This document shows positions 1 to 9,021 of a stretch of DNA of 24,000 nt, in pieces. The notes below the pieces were generated by a model. The model had not been told where the DNA came from and did not search any database. It was given only the letters and a program-made list of their open reading frames with translations. Source of the DNA: Chamaesiphon sp. VAR_4_metabat_408 (GTDB taxonomy: Bacteria; Cyanobacteriota; Cyanobacteriia; Cyanobacteriales; Chamaesiphonaceae); contig JANOPX010000103.1 of assembly GCA_031422115.1 (NCBI GenBank), forward strand, positions 53,222 to 77,221. Direction: 5' to 3'. The translations under genes and the position numbers were made by a program. Numbering within the stretch: the stretch's first letter is position 1; every line of letters starts with the position of its first letter.

Positions 1-970
1 CCGTAGTTTCACCGCCATATATTAAGAGAGTATTGGGCGGGTGAGTAATAATTTCTCGCGCAATTTCAGCACCTCTCACCCGCGCTTCTCCATCTAGTTC
101 GGTAGTAATAATTCGGGCATCATAACCCATCTCTCTCGCAACTTTCGCCACGGCTTCACAAGCTTGACGATTGTTGCCGACTAATATATTCTCGGCAGCA
201 GGATGATTAGTTAATCCTGAGGCGATCGCCCAAATTGGATCGCCAATGACATCTGATAAAATCAATCCAACTACTTTGCCTTTCCCCACCCGTTCGACAA
301 AACCACCTCCTTTCAACCCGTCGATCTTCGATCGCACCGCATTAATTTTTCCGATCGACAATCCACTGCCTAATAGTGCCGTACCGATCGCTTGCAGTGC
401 TGTCAAAGAAATATTATCATCAGGATCCAGGGTGGTAAGATCGATCGAGTGGCTCCAGAGAGTATCCCGAATTAATGCCTGGGTTGCTTGAGTAATTTCT
501 ACAGTCGGTAGATTGGTTAATAATTCAGTCAAGGCACGCCAAGAACGGGGCGCAATCGCTAAAGCAGAAGCACCACCAGAAATACAAGCTAGCACCAAAG
601 TTCGATCGGTACAGTCTCCCAAAAATTGCCAGATCCGATCGCCAGCAGCTAAACTAAGTTCGTCGGGAACTGGATGTGCTGACTCGACAAGCTTCCAATT
701 AGTTGGAAAGTTGGCATCGCCTAAATGGGCGTATTTAGTAATGACTAATCCTTGAGAAATCCGACTACCAAGCAGTGTCTCGATCGATCGAGCCATCGGT
801 ACCGCACCTTTCCCTACAGCGACACAACGAATATCTCCATCGGTCAAATCGACGAGTCGATCGCCGATCGCTAGATTGTTGCCATTGAGTCGTAAGTGAT
901 GCTGAATCGCATCGTATGGATCCACTGCGGCGAGTACAGTCTTAATTAGTCGGTCGATTTTGGCATTCAT
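1..970 (-). CDS. glycerate 2-kinase / hydroxypyruvate reductase family protein (DUF4147-MOFRL type); N-terminal part only, gene runs off the left edge
   Basis: Absent from the ORF track because it is open at the window edge. My translation of the reverse strand from ATG 970-968 reads MNAKIDRLIKTVLAAVDPYDAIQHHLRLNGNNLAIGDRLVDLTDGDIRCVAVGKGAVPMARSIETLLGSRISQGLVITKYAH...ESAHPVPDE...LACISGGASAL... with no stop down to position 1. The AVDP, VGKGAxPMA, HPxPDE and SGGxSAL blocks fit the TtuD/GckA-type glycerate kinase N-terminus. The + strand ORFs 246-491 and 513-755 are its antisense shadows. Confidence 0.75.
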   Translation of the reverse strand, partial: MNAKIDRLIKTVLAAVDPYDAIQHHLRLNGNNLAIGDRLVDLTDGDIRCVAVGKGAVPMARSIETLLGSRISQGLVITKYAHLGDANFPTNWKLVESAHPVPDELSLAAGDRIWQFLGDCTDRTLVLACISGGASALAIAPRSWRALTELLTNLPTVEITQATQALIRDTLWSHSIDLTTLDPDDNISLTALQAIGTALLGSGLSIGKINAVRSKIDGLKGGGFVERVGKGKVVGLILSDVIGDPIWAIASGLTNHPAAENILVGNNRQACEAVAKVAREMGYDARIITTELDGEARVRGAEIAREIITHPPNTLLIYGGETT

Positions 971-1125
971 TTTGCCCCAGCTACTCCCCATTAGCTTAAA
1001 TTAATGTTACCAACAACTTTAAATCGTTGCCTGATTTCCACAAATCCCAAACAGCCCTTACCAACCTCCCACTAGATAGAGCCAGCGCGTTATAATTCGT
1101 TACAGACGCACAAATAATCCTAGCT

Positions 1126-1446
1126 ATGACTAAACCCGTACTGAATAGTTTCTTTGTCGGTCGTGCCCTAGCTCAAGCTTTAAATGACAAGCTAGGTGAG
1201 ACTCTAACCTATAGTCTGAGCGAACTAGGTAAAATCAATGCCGAGCAGGGCGAGAAACTCAGACAATTTACCCAAGAAGTAATCGATCGCGCAGCAAGAG
1301 AGACTACCAATGCTGGTGGGAATACTACTACAGTCGCTGCTGATGGTGCACCTATCGACATCCAACAAACAGTTGACGAACTTCGCGCTGAAATCGCCAG
1401 ACTCAGAGCCGAAATCCAACAGCACCGCAACCAAACATCATCTTGA
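1126..1446 (+). CDS. small helical / coiled-coil hypothetical protein (looks like a conserved cyanobacterial family, function unknown)
   Basis: 106-aa ORF. N-terminus is FFVGRALAQALNDKLGETLTYSLSELGK and the C-terminus is heptad-like (VDELRAEIARLRAEIQQHR). A TATAAT hexamer lies at 1091-1096, 30 nt upstream. The overlapping antisense and alternate-frame ORFs are less protein-like. Confidence 0.6.
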   Translation: MTKPVLNSFFVGRALAQALNDKLGETLTYSLSELGKINAEQGEKLRQFTQEVIDRAARETTNAGGNTTTVAADGAPIDIQQTVDELRAEIARLRAEIQQHRNQTSS

Positions 1447-1498
1447 CCGAGCTGACAGTTGTAACCGCATAGAACCAAAGTCTACGGAGTCAGCTCAA

Positions 1499-1530
1499 CC
1501 CTCATACCCTCATACCCTCCCACCCTCCCA
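1499..1530. repeat. short tandem octamer repeat (CCCTCATA x2, CCCTCCCA x2), decaying into CCCCCTACCTCCTCACCC up to 1548
   Basis: Read directly: ccctcata ccctcata ccctccca ccctccca. Sits between the small ORF and the ABC1 kinase start. Confidence 0.8.
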
Positions 1531-1548
1531 CCCCCTACCTCCTCACCC

Positions 1549-3357
1549 GTGACTGCTATCTCCGACGCTTCCGCCCCGCCTAGTAGCGGTAGACTATCAT
1601 TACCACCTGCATCGGCTCTGACAGAATCGTCCGGGACTTCTATGCCCCAAACCCCGATCGATACTCTACCGAGTAATAGTAACCGCACCTATCGTTGGAA
1701 CCGAACTAACTATTCTCGGCGGCGGCGAAAATTGGATATTTGGTCTTTTTTCCTGACCTTTTTGAATAGCTCTTGGATCGATGGTAAGAAGTGGAGCTAT
1801 ATTAGCGGCTACACGGAAGCAAAACAGATCGCCAGACGGCGCAAACAAGCGATTTGGATCAGAGATACATTTTTGGAGTTGGGGCCGACTTTTATCAAGT
1901 TGGGGCAGCTATTTTCGACTCGTGCGGATCTATTTCCGGCGGAGTATGTTGAGGAATTGTCCAAGCTACAAGATCGGGTACCTGCGTTTGGGTACGATCG
2001 AGTGGAGGAGATTATCCAGCGCGATTTGGGCAAGACTATTCCCGAATTGTTTGCCAGTTTTGAACGGGTGCCTTTGGCTGCGGCGAGTTTGGGTCAGGTA
2101 CACCGAGCGACGCTGTATACTGGGGAAGAGGTCGTTGTGAAGGTACAGCGTCCGGGGTTACAGAAGTTATTTACGATCGATCTCGAAATCCTCCGAGGTA
2201 TTGCCAAGTACTTCCAAAATCATCCGAAATGGGGGGCACAAGGACGCGACTGGATCGGCATTTATGATGAGTGCTGTAAAATTCTGTGGGAAGAGACAGA
2301 CTATATTCTCGAAGGGCAAAACGCCGATACATTTCGCCGCAACTTTCGCTCGCAAAATTGGGTGATGGTACCCCGCGTCTATTGGCGATACTCATCCATC
2401 CGCACTTTGACGCTCCAATATCTTCCAGGCATTAAAATCAGTCACTACGAAGGATTAGAAGCGGCTGGACTCGATCGCCAAACCATCGCCCGTCAAAGTG
2501 CTACCGCCTACCTCCAACAATTACTCACCGATGGTTTCTTCCATGCCGATCCTCATCCAGGCAATGTCGCCATCGACCCCACCACTGGAGCCTTAATCTT
2601 CTATGACTTTGGGATGATGGGCACAATTGCACCAGGCACCAAAGAGAAATTGATGGACACACTCTTAGCAGTAGCTGGAAAAAATGCCGATCGAGTCGTC
2701 CGTGGCTTAGTCGCTCTCGGTGCAGTATCGGAAACCGCCGACCCCGATCCGATTCGCCGATCGATCCAGTACCTACTAGACAACTTCCTCGATCGACCCA
2801 TAGAAGCTCAATCGATCGCCCAAATCAGCGACGACCTCTACGACATCGCCTACGGTCAACCCTTCCGCTTTCCCGCTACCTTTACCTTCGTCATGCGGGC
2901 ATTTTCCACCATCGAAGGAGTCGGCAAAGGACTCGATCCTGATTTCAACTTCATGACAGCAGCCCAACCCTTCGCCCTCCAAATTATGACCAACGGCAAC
3001 ACGAACGACGCGAATGGCTTCCTCGCCGAAATGGGCAGACAAGCCGCACAGGTGGGTACTTCCGCCCTCGGATTACCCCGTCGAATTGAAGATACCATCG
3101 ACAAATTAGAGCGCGGTGACTTGCGCGTGCGCGTAAAATCGAGTGAAACCGATCGCTACTTGCGTAGACTCGGAGCCATGCAGCAGACCACAAATTACGC
3201 CATATTGGTTGCTACATTCACATTGTCTGCTACGATGCTATTTGTCAATGAATATGCGGTCGCGGCTGGAGTAATAGGTGTTTTTGCTCTTATTGCTTTG
3301 GTTATCTGGTTTCGGCTGATGCGGAAACTCGATCGTCAGGATCGGATGTCATCCTAA
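1549..3357 (+). CDS. ABC1/UbiB (AarF) atypical protein kinase family protein with C-terminal membrane helix
   Basis: Contains FIKLGQLFSTRADLFPAEYVEELSKLQDRVP, ASLGQVHRATL..GEEVVVKVQRPG and FFHADPHPGNV, followed by a C-terminal hydrophobic helix (ILVATFTLSATMLFV...VIGVFALIALVIWF). The GTG at 1549 is only the longest-ORF start. The ATG at codon 32 (SMPQTP) is an equally plausible start. Confidence 0.9.
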   Translation: MTAISDASAPPSSGRLSLPPASALTESSGTSMPQTPIDTLPSNSNRTYRWNRTNYSRRRRKLDIWSFFLTFLNSSWIDGKKWSYISGYTEAKQIARRRKQAIWIRDTFLELGPTFIKLGQLFSTRADLFPAEYVEELSKLQDRVPAFGYDRVEEIIQRDLGKTIPELFASFERVPLAAASLGQVHRATLYTGEEVVVKVQRPGLQKLFTIDLEILRGIAKYFQNHPKWGAQGRDWIGIYDECCKILWEETDYILEGQNADTFRRNFRSQNWVMVPRVYWRYSSIRTLTLQYLPGIKISHYEGLEAAGLDRQTIARQSATAYLQQLLTDGFFHADPHPGNVAIDPTTGALIFYDFGMMGTIAPGTKEKLMDTLLAVAGKNADRVVRGLVALGAVSETADPDPIRRSIQYLLDNFLDRPIEAQSIAQISDDLYDIAYGQPFRFPATFTFVMRAFSTIEGVGKGLDPDFNFMTAAQPFALQIMTNGNTNDANGFLAEMGRQAAQVGTSALGLPRRIEDTIDKLERGDLRVRVKSSETDRYLRRLGAMQQTTNYAILVATFTLSATMLFVNEYAVAAGVIGVFALIALVIWFRLMRKLDRQDRMSS

Positions 3358-3490
3358 CATCACGACTCGATCGTCCCGATTTGGGTTTGATCGGATAGTG
3401 AATCGGTATTCATTGTTGGCGTAACCTACCAGAGGTAATCGCTGACAACTATTAAAATTTTAGATCGTTAATCGGCACAGGCATTGGATT

Positions 3491-4213
3491 ATGAAATCTC
3501 TGTTCACTGGTCTTTCGGATAAGGGTATGGTACGGAGTGCCAACCAAGATGCGTATCATATCGATCCTGACGGACGATTTTTTATTGTAGCTGACGGTAT
3601 GGGCGGTCATGCAGGTGGCGAAGAAGCCAGCCGCATCGCCATCGAGACGACTCACACTTTTTTGTCCGAGCATTGGGAGACGGCAACCGATGTCGAAAAT
3701 TTGATGAAACAGGCTCTAATTGCCGCCAATGATGCAATCGTTGCCGACCAAGAACAAAACGCTGCTAGGGCTGATATGGGCACTACGGTGGTGATGATTT
3801 TATTCAAGGATGATGTGGCTTGGTCTGCTCATGTGGGTGACTCTAGGCTTTATCGGCTACGCGATAGCAAATTGGATCGCATCACCGAGGATGATACTTG
3901 GGTAGCTAGAGCGATGAAATTGGGTCAACTCACGGCCGAGGAAGCCAAGGTACATCCCCTCCGCCACGTACTATCCCACTGTTTGGGTCGTCGCGATCTA
4001 CGTCAAATCAATACTCAAACTCAAGATATCAAAAGTGGCGATCGCATCCTCCTCTGTAGCGATGGTCTAACAGAAGAAGTCCCCCACGATGAAATTGCCA
4101 GTCATCTCGTCGAAGCTGCATCTAATGAAGCAGCCGCCCAAGCTCTAGTAGATGCTGCCAAACAGCATGGTGGTAGCGACAATATCACCGTTATTATTGC
4201 GGCGATGGTCTAG
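3491..4213 (+). CDS. PP2C-family Ser/Thr protein phosphatase (Stp1/PrpC-like)
   Basis: Contains [49 protein letters not shown] and GGSDNITVI, the canonical PPM metal-binding motifs. Confidence 0.9.
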   Translation: MKSLFTGLSDKGMVRSANQDAYHIDPDGRFFIVADGMGGHAGGEEASRIAIETTHTFLSEHWETATDVENLMKQALIAANDAIVADQEQNAARADMGTTVVMILFKDDVAWSAHVGDSRLYRLRDSKLDRITEDDTWVARAMKLGQLTAEEAKVHPLRHVLSHCLGRRDLRQINTQTQDIKSGDRILLCSDGLTEEVPHDEIASHLVEAASNEAAAQALVDAAKQHGGSDNITVIIAAMV

Positions 4214-4232
4214 ATATCGACGTTGATTAAAT

Positions 4233-4257
4233 AATAAGTAATAAGTAATAAGTAAGT
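4233..4257. repeat. tandem heptamer AATAAGT x3 plus a partial unit (STRR-like short tandem repeat)
   Basis: Read directly: aataagt aataagt aataagt aagt, immediately after the PP2C stop codon. Confidence 0.8.
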
Positions 4258-4264
4258 TTTTGAA

Positions 4265-4283
4265 ACAGGGATTCAATCCCTGT
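4265..4283 (+). terminator. stem-loop downstream of the PP2C gene (candidate terminator)
   Basis: ACAGGGA-ttcaa-TCCCTGT is a 7-bp perfect stem. A second small hairpin follows (TCTCC-ccat-GGAGA, about 4300-4315). There is no clear U-tract. Confidence 0.4.
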
Positions 4284-4973
4284 CTCAAAAGCGGACTCCT
4301 TTTCTCCCCATGGAGAGGCCATGCCAAAGATGGAGGTCTTTTTTACAATTATTAGTAGTATTTTCGCTAAGAATTCAAACTTACTGGCGATTCTCCCGGA
4401 GATCCGTCAAAGCCCAGCGAGATAAGCTGTCAAACATTTAAAACACTCTTTTTGCCCTCTACAACTCTTGTGGCAAGGGATTCAGTCAAAAGATTTAGAT
4501 GTAAAACAGCTTAATACCTCCATCATATTTATTTGTAACCGTTAGCTTGCCTGAATGAAGTGCCTCGATCGATTGAAACACATTTTTGCTACATTATTTC
4601 AGCCGAGCTATCCCACATCTAAATTGACGGCTGAAATGCTCTTTCCAAAGGGATCTCTATTTATAAAGAGTGCATTTTGCACATAGCACTCCGACGGAGT
4701 ATAACAACTAAGTTGAAAGTACGCTTTGTATAGAGTACCTCAAAGTCAGTGAATTCGTCAAGACTCTTGAGAATAGTCTCAGTTAGCGATCGCCGAAAAT
4801 CATGTAATTTTAACTTTTGTTAAAAAATGTAAAATTAGTTGTAGGCATGACGAGGGAATCTAGTCTGACAGATGTTCGGATTGAAGTTAGGGATGAGAGA
4901 ACGCACCGATCGCTACTCAGGAATATCTGTTAAAATTTGGGTTTGCCCTTGATGTGAACGATAGCTCGATCTT

Positions 4974-7820
4974 ATGACTTCAAATGACCGAGACACAATT
5001 AGGATTCGCGGTGCCAAACAACATAATCTCAAGAATATTAGTTTAGAGCTACCGCGCGATCGATTGATTGTATTTACGGGGGTGTCTGGTTCGGGGAAGT
5101 CTTCTCTAGCTTTTGATACGATTTTTGCGGAGGGTCAACGGCGATATGTGGAGTCGCTAAGTGCTTATGCGCGGCAATTCTTGGGACAGTTGGATAAGCC
5201 CGATGTGGATGCGATCGAAGGTCTGAGTCCAGCGATATCAATCGACCAAAAGTCTACTTCTAATAATCCTCGATCGACTGTGGGTACTGTTACGGAAATC
5301 TATGATTATTTTCGGTTATTATACGGTCGGGCGGGAGTGCCTCATTGTCCAGAGTGCGATCGATCGATCGCTCCACAAACGATCGATGAAATGAGCGATC
5401 GGATTCGCGCTTTGCCAGAGCGAACTAAGTTTCAAATTTTGGCACCGATCGTCAGGGGGAAAAAAGGTACTCACCAAAAAGCTTTATCTAGTCTTGCCTC
5501 GGAAGGGTTTGTCCGAGTGCGGGTGAATGGGGAAGTAAGAGAATTAGCCGATCGAATCGTGCTGGATAAGAATCAAACTCACACGATCGAAATTGTGGTC
5601 GATCGGTTGGTTAATAAGGAAGGGATTGAATCGCGGTTATCTGATTCTCTTACTACCTGTTTGCGTCATGCTGATGGGATTGCGACGATCGATATTTTGA
5701 CAGATGAAGGCGTAGAAGTTAATCCCGATTTACCGACAGAATTAGTATTTTCCGAAAAGTTTGCCTGTCCCGAACATGGCGCGGTGATGGAAGAACTGTC
5801 ACCCAGATTATTTTCCTTTAATTCGCCCTATGGAGCTTGTCCCACTTGTCATGGATTGGGAAGTGCGAAAACATTTGCGCCCGAATTAATCGTTCCCGAT
5901 CCAGATGCAGCAGTATATCACGCGATCGCACCTTGGTCTGACAAAGATAATTCCTATTATTTATCCCTCCTATATAGTTTAGGTCAATCGGCTGGATTTG
6001 CCTTAGATACACCTTGGAAAAAACTTACTCCCGAACAGGTAGCCCTAATTCTCTACGGTAGTGAAGAATTGATTTGGATGGAAGAATTGGACGACCATCG
6101 CCGCTTTAAAGGGGTGGTAAAAATTCTCGATCGGCAATATAGTGATGCCTCGGAAATTCAGAAGCAAAAACTCGAACAATATCTGATCGACCAACCCTGT
6201 AAAGTATGTTCCGGTTATCGACTCAAACCAGAAGCTCGATCGGTTAAATTGGGACAGTATCAGATCCTCGACTTTACCACCGTCGCGATCGATGAATGTC
6301 TCGATCGACTAGCCAAATTAACACTCACCGATAAACAAGCCAAAATCGGCGAATTAGTCCTCAAAGAAATCAAAGCGCGGCTCAAATTCTTACTCGACGT
6401 AGGCTTGGATTATCTCACCCTCGATCGCGCCGCCATGACCCTATCCGGCGGCGAAGCTCAACGAATTCGTCTCGCTACCCAAATCGGTTCCGGCTTAACC
6501 GGAGTACTATACGTCCTCGACGAACCCAGTATCGGACTCCATCAACGAGACAACGGGAGACTCCTCAAAACTCTCAACAAATTGCGCGACCTAGGAAATA
6601 CCCTAATAGTCGTCGAACATGATGAAGACACCATCCGCGCCGCCGACTATCTCGTCGATATCGGCCCAGGTGCGGGCGTACATGGCGGTGAAATTGTCGT
6701 CGAAGGAGATCTTGAAGCACTCCTCAACTCCGAAGCATCAATTACAGGCGCATACCTCTCAGGCAGAGTAGGCATCGAAACCCCAACCACCCGCCGCGAA
6801 GGAAACGGCAAAAATCTAACCCTCAAAAACGCCAGCCGTAATAACCTCAAAAATCTCGACGTAGAATTCCCCCTCGGTAAACTCGTCGCCATCACAGGCG
6901 TATCCGGCTCAGGGAAATCCACCCTAATTAACGAACTCCTTCACCCCGCCTTACAGCATCACCTCACCAAACGAGTACCATTCCCGAAAGACGTAGATGA
7001 ACTCAAAGGAATAAACGCGATCGATAAAGTCATTATCATCGATCAATCCCCCATCGGCCGCACCCCGCGATCGAACCCCGTCACCTACACAGGCGTATTC
7101 GACACCATCCGCGAAGTCTTCACCCAAACCATCGAAGCCAAAACACGCGGCTATAAAGCCGGACAATTTTCCTTCAACGTCAAAGGTGGACGTTGCGAAG
7201 CCTGTAGCGGACAAGGAGTCAACATCATCGAAATGAACTTCCTTCCCGATGTCTTCGTCCAATGCGATGTCTGTAAAGGCGAACGATACAACCGCGAAAC
7301 CCTCCAAGTCAAATATAAAGGCAAATCGATCGCCGATGTCCTCAATATGACCGTCGAAGAAGGCTTAGACTTCTTCCAAAACATCCCCCGCGCCGCCACC
7401 CGCCTCCAAACCCTCGTCGATGTCGGACTCGGCTACGTCAAACTCGGACAAACCGCACCCACCCTCTCCGGCGGTGAAGCCCAACGAGTCAAACTCGCCA
7501 CCGAACTCTCCAAACGCGCTACCGGAAAAACCCTCTATCTCATCGACGAACCCACCACCGGACTCTCATTCTACGATGTCCACAAGCTCCTAGACGTGCT
7601 CCAAAGACTAGTAGACAAGGGAAACTCCATTATCGTCATCGAACACAACCTAGACGTGATTCGCTGCTCCGACTGGACGATCGATCTCGGCCCAGAAGGT
7701 GGTAATAAGGGGGGAGAATTAGTAGCAATCGGGACACCAGAACAGGTGGCGAAGAATCCGGTTTCCCATACTGGGAAATATCTCAAACAGGTACTGAAAC
7801 AACATTCGCGACCAGACTAG
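4974..7820 (+). CDS. uvrA: excinuclease ABC subunit UvrA
   Basis: 948 aa. Starts IRIRGAKQHNLKNISLELPRDRLIVFTGVSGSGKSSLAFDTIFAEGQRRY. Has two ABC signatures ([24 protein letters not shown]), a second Walker A (GVSGSGKST) and zinc modules ([19 protein letters not shown]...CDVCKG). Confidence 0.98.
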   Translation: MTSNDRDTIRIRGAKQHNLKNISLELPRDRLIVFTGVSGSGKSSLAFDTIFAEGQRRYVESLSAYARQFLGQLDKPDVDAIEGLSPAISIDQKSTSNNPRSTVGTVTEIYDYFRLLYGRAGVPHCPECDRSIAPQTIDEMSDRIRALPERTKFQILAPIVRGKKGTHQKALSSLASEGFVRVRVNGEVRELADRIVLDKNQTHTIEIVVDRLVNKEGIESRLSDSLTTCLRHADGIATIDILTDEGVEVNPDLPTELVFSEKFACPEHGAVMEELSPRLFSFNSPYGACPTCHGLGSAKTFAPELIVPDPDAAVYHAIAPWSDKDNSYYLSLLYSLGQSAGFALDTPWKKLTPEQVALILYGSEELIWMEELDDHRRFKGVVKILDRQYSDASEIQKQKLEQYLIDQPCKVCSGYRLKPEARSVKLGQYQILDFTTVAIDECLDRLAKLTLTDKQAKIGELVLKEIKARLKFLLDVGLDYLTLDRAAMTLSGGEAQRIRLATQIGSGLTGVLYVLDEPSIGLHQRDNGRLLKTLNKLRDLGNTLIVVEHDEDTIRAADYLVDIGPGAGVHGGEIVVEGDLEALLNSEASITGAYLSGRVGIETPTTRREGNGKNLTLKNASRNNLKNLDVEFPLGKLVAITGVSGSGKSTLINELLHPALQHHLTKRVPFPKDVDELKGINAIDKVIIIDQSPIGRTPRSNPVTYTGVFDTIREVFTQTIEAKTRGYKAGQFSFNVKGGRCEACSGQGVNIIEMNFLPDVFVQCDVCKGERYNRETLQVKYKGKSIADVLNMTVEEGLDFFQNIPRAATRLQTLVDVGLGYVKLGQTAPTLSGGEAQRVKLATELSKRATGKTLYLIDEPTTGLSFYDVHKLLDVLQRLVDKGNSIIVIEHNLDVIRCSDWTIDLGPEGGNKGGELVAIGTPEQVAKNPVSHTGKYLKQVLKQHSRPD

Positions 7821-7844
7821 CAGTGTCAATTCACTGCTAGTCTG
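7813..7844 (+). terminator. 13-bp perfect hairpin overlapping the uvrA stop codon
   Basis: CAGACTAGCAGTG-tcaatt-CACTGCTAGTCTG (7813-7825 / 7832-7844). No U-tract. It lies just past the point (7807/7808) where homology to the uvrA pseudo-copy ends. Confidence 0.4.
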
Positions 7845-7927
7845 AATGGATAAAGTCGAGCAAAGAAGAGATATAGTTTACGTAGGGGGTATTTAAACAG
7901 CAGAAATCTCGGATTATTAACCTTTTA

Positions 7928-7943
7928 TAGTACTAATGATCTA
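7928..7943. promoter_or_regulatory. LexA-box-like imperfect palindrome TAGTACTAATGATCTA, 40 nt upstream of the AAA+ gene
   Basis: Matches the cyanobacterial LexA consensus as I recall it (RGTACNNNDGTWCB) at 13 of 14 positions. The half-sites are TAGTAC and TAGATC. Confidence 0.3.
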
Positions 7944-7983
7944 AAATAGAGATGTATTCTAAGATGTTGCTGTTTATCGAGCT

Positions 7984-9021
7984 ATGGCAAGGGGGGATAT
8001 ATTACGAAAATTGTTTACCAGCTTCTCTGCTGATGAGAGAGAAGCATTTGTTTCTGCGGCTACAGAACTAATCGAAGAAGAAAAGAGCAAGAATCATACT
8101 TTACTGGCACACGATCTGGAGCGAATACTTCGTAGTGGTAACGGACAATCAAAAACGCTTCGTTTCAATCCTCAGCCTTGGAATGATTTTCCAGAACCAC
8201 CCAAAGACAGGGAAACTGGACTAGCACTACTTTCCGTCAAAAGATTCGATCTTACATGGGAGGAGATCGTCTTGAGTGATTCAGTCAGAAGTATCCTCGA
8301 TCGAGTTGTATTAGAAAATCGGAAACAGGAAATACTTGCGGCTTATGGATTAAAGCCCAAAAATAAATTACTATTTTGTGGCCCACCTGGGTGTGGCAAA
8401 ACACAGACAGCTAAAACACTTGCAAGTGTGATGAGTTTGCCACTCGTCAGTGTTAGTCTTACTGCAATGTTTTCCTCTTATTTGGGAGAAACTGCAACAA
8501 ATCTTCAAAAAATATTCGACTACATCAACGCAGGTGAATGGGTTGTACTGTTTGACGAGTTTGATGCAATCGCCCGCGATCGAAATACACCAAATGAACA
8601 TGGCGAAATTAAGCGGTTAGTTAATAGCTTACTCCAGTTGATAGATCTGTCAGAAAGTAGTAATCTATTTATTGCGGCTACAAACCATGAGAACCTTTTA
8701 GACACTGCTGTTTGGCGAAGATTTGATGAAATTATTTTATTTGAGCGACCCTCCATCGAGATCAGACAAAAATTACTAGGACATTACCTATCTACTATTC
8801 GTTATCGGGAAATAGATCTATTGGCATGTGCTAAACAGATTGAAATGGCAACTGGTGCCGATATTCAGCGGATATGCACAGAGGCTGTGAAATCTGTGAT
8901 TCTCAGAGGTGACAAGGAATTATCCGCAGATGATTTAGATGTTGCTATTGGGAAGTATATTAAGAGAGAGAGCATAGTACATAATTCCACGAAATCCGGC
9001 ATGAGCATTCAGGATGAATAA
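7984..9021 (+). CDS. ietA: classic-clade AAA+ ATPase, IetA-like partner of the downstream S8 peptidase
   Basis: Walker A GPPGCGKT (aa 133-140, nt 8380-8403). Walker B VVLFDEFDA (D191/E192). Sensor-1 and Arg-finger region IAATNHENLLDTAVWRRFD. One AAA module follows a ~120-aa helical N-domain. Its stop overlaps the start of the next gene (ATGAATAA at 9014-9021). The symbol rests on gene architecture only. Confidence 0.6.
   Translation: MARGDILRKLFTSFSADEREAFVSAATELIEEEKSKNHTLLAHDLERILRSGNGQSKTLRFNPQPWNDFPEPPKDRETGLALLSVKRFDLTWEEIVLSDSVRSILDRVVLENRKQEILAAYGLKPKNKLLFCGPPGCGKTQTAKTLASVMSLPLVSVSLTAMFSSYLGETATNLQKIFDYINAGEWVVLFDEFDAIARDRNTPNEHGEIKRLVNSLLQLIDLSESSNLFIAATNHENLLDTAVWRRFDEIILFERPSIEIRQKLLGHYLSTIRYREIDLLACAKQIEMATGADIQRICTEAVKSVILRGDKELSADDLDVAIGKYIKRESIVHNSTKSGMSIQDE

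Noticed and set aside
4262-4284. tRNA-like T-arm (CAGGG-attcaat-CCCTG) after the PP2C gene, which might mark a tRNA gene or an att-site fragment.
   Set aside because: The loop is offset from the TTCRANY consensus. No acceptor, D or anticodon arms can be drawn from the flanks. It is better explained as a terminator hairpin.
4718-4746. Possible LexA box upstream of uvrA (AGTACGCTTTGTAT at 4718-4731; AGTACCTCAAAGTC at 4733-4746).
   Set aside because: The half-site spacing or second half-site does not fit RGTACNNNDGTWCB (several mismatches or a 1-nt offset), and the sites lie more than 220 nt from the start codon.
6951-7307. 118-aa minus-strand ORF inside uvrA, and its twin at 18086-18316 inside the uvrA pseudo-copy. 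Similar antisense ORFs occur inside the ABC1 kinase (for example 2776-3042), trpD (22979-3407 region, 22979-23407) and the glycerate kinase gene (246-491, 513-755).
   Set aside because: They lie entirely within well-supported genes on the opposite strand and have low-complexity, Arg/Ser/Gly/Pro-rich compositions typical of antisense frames of GC-richer genes. They carry no independent motif support.
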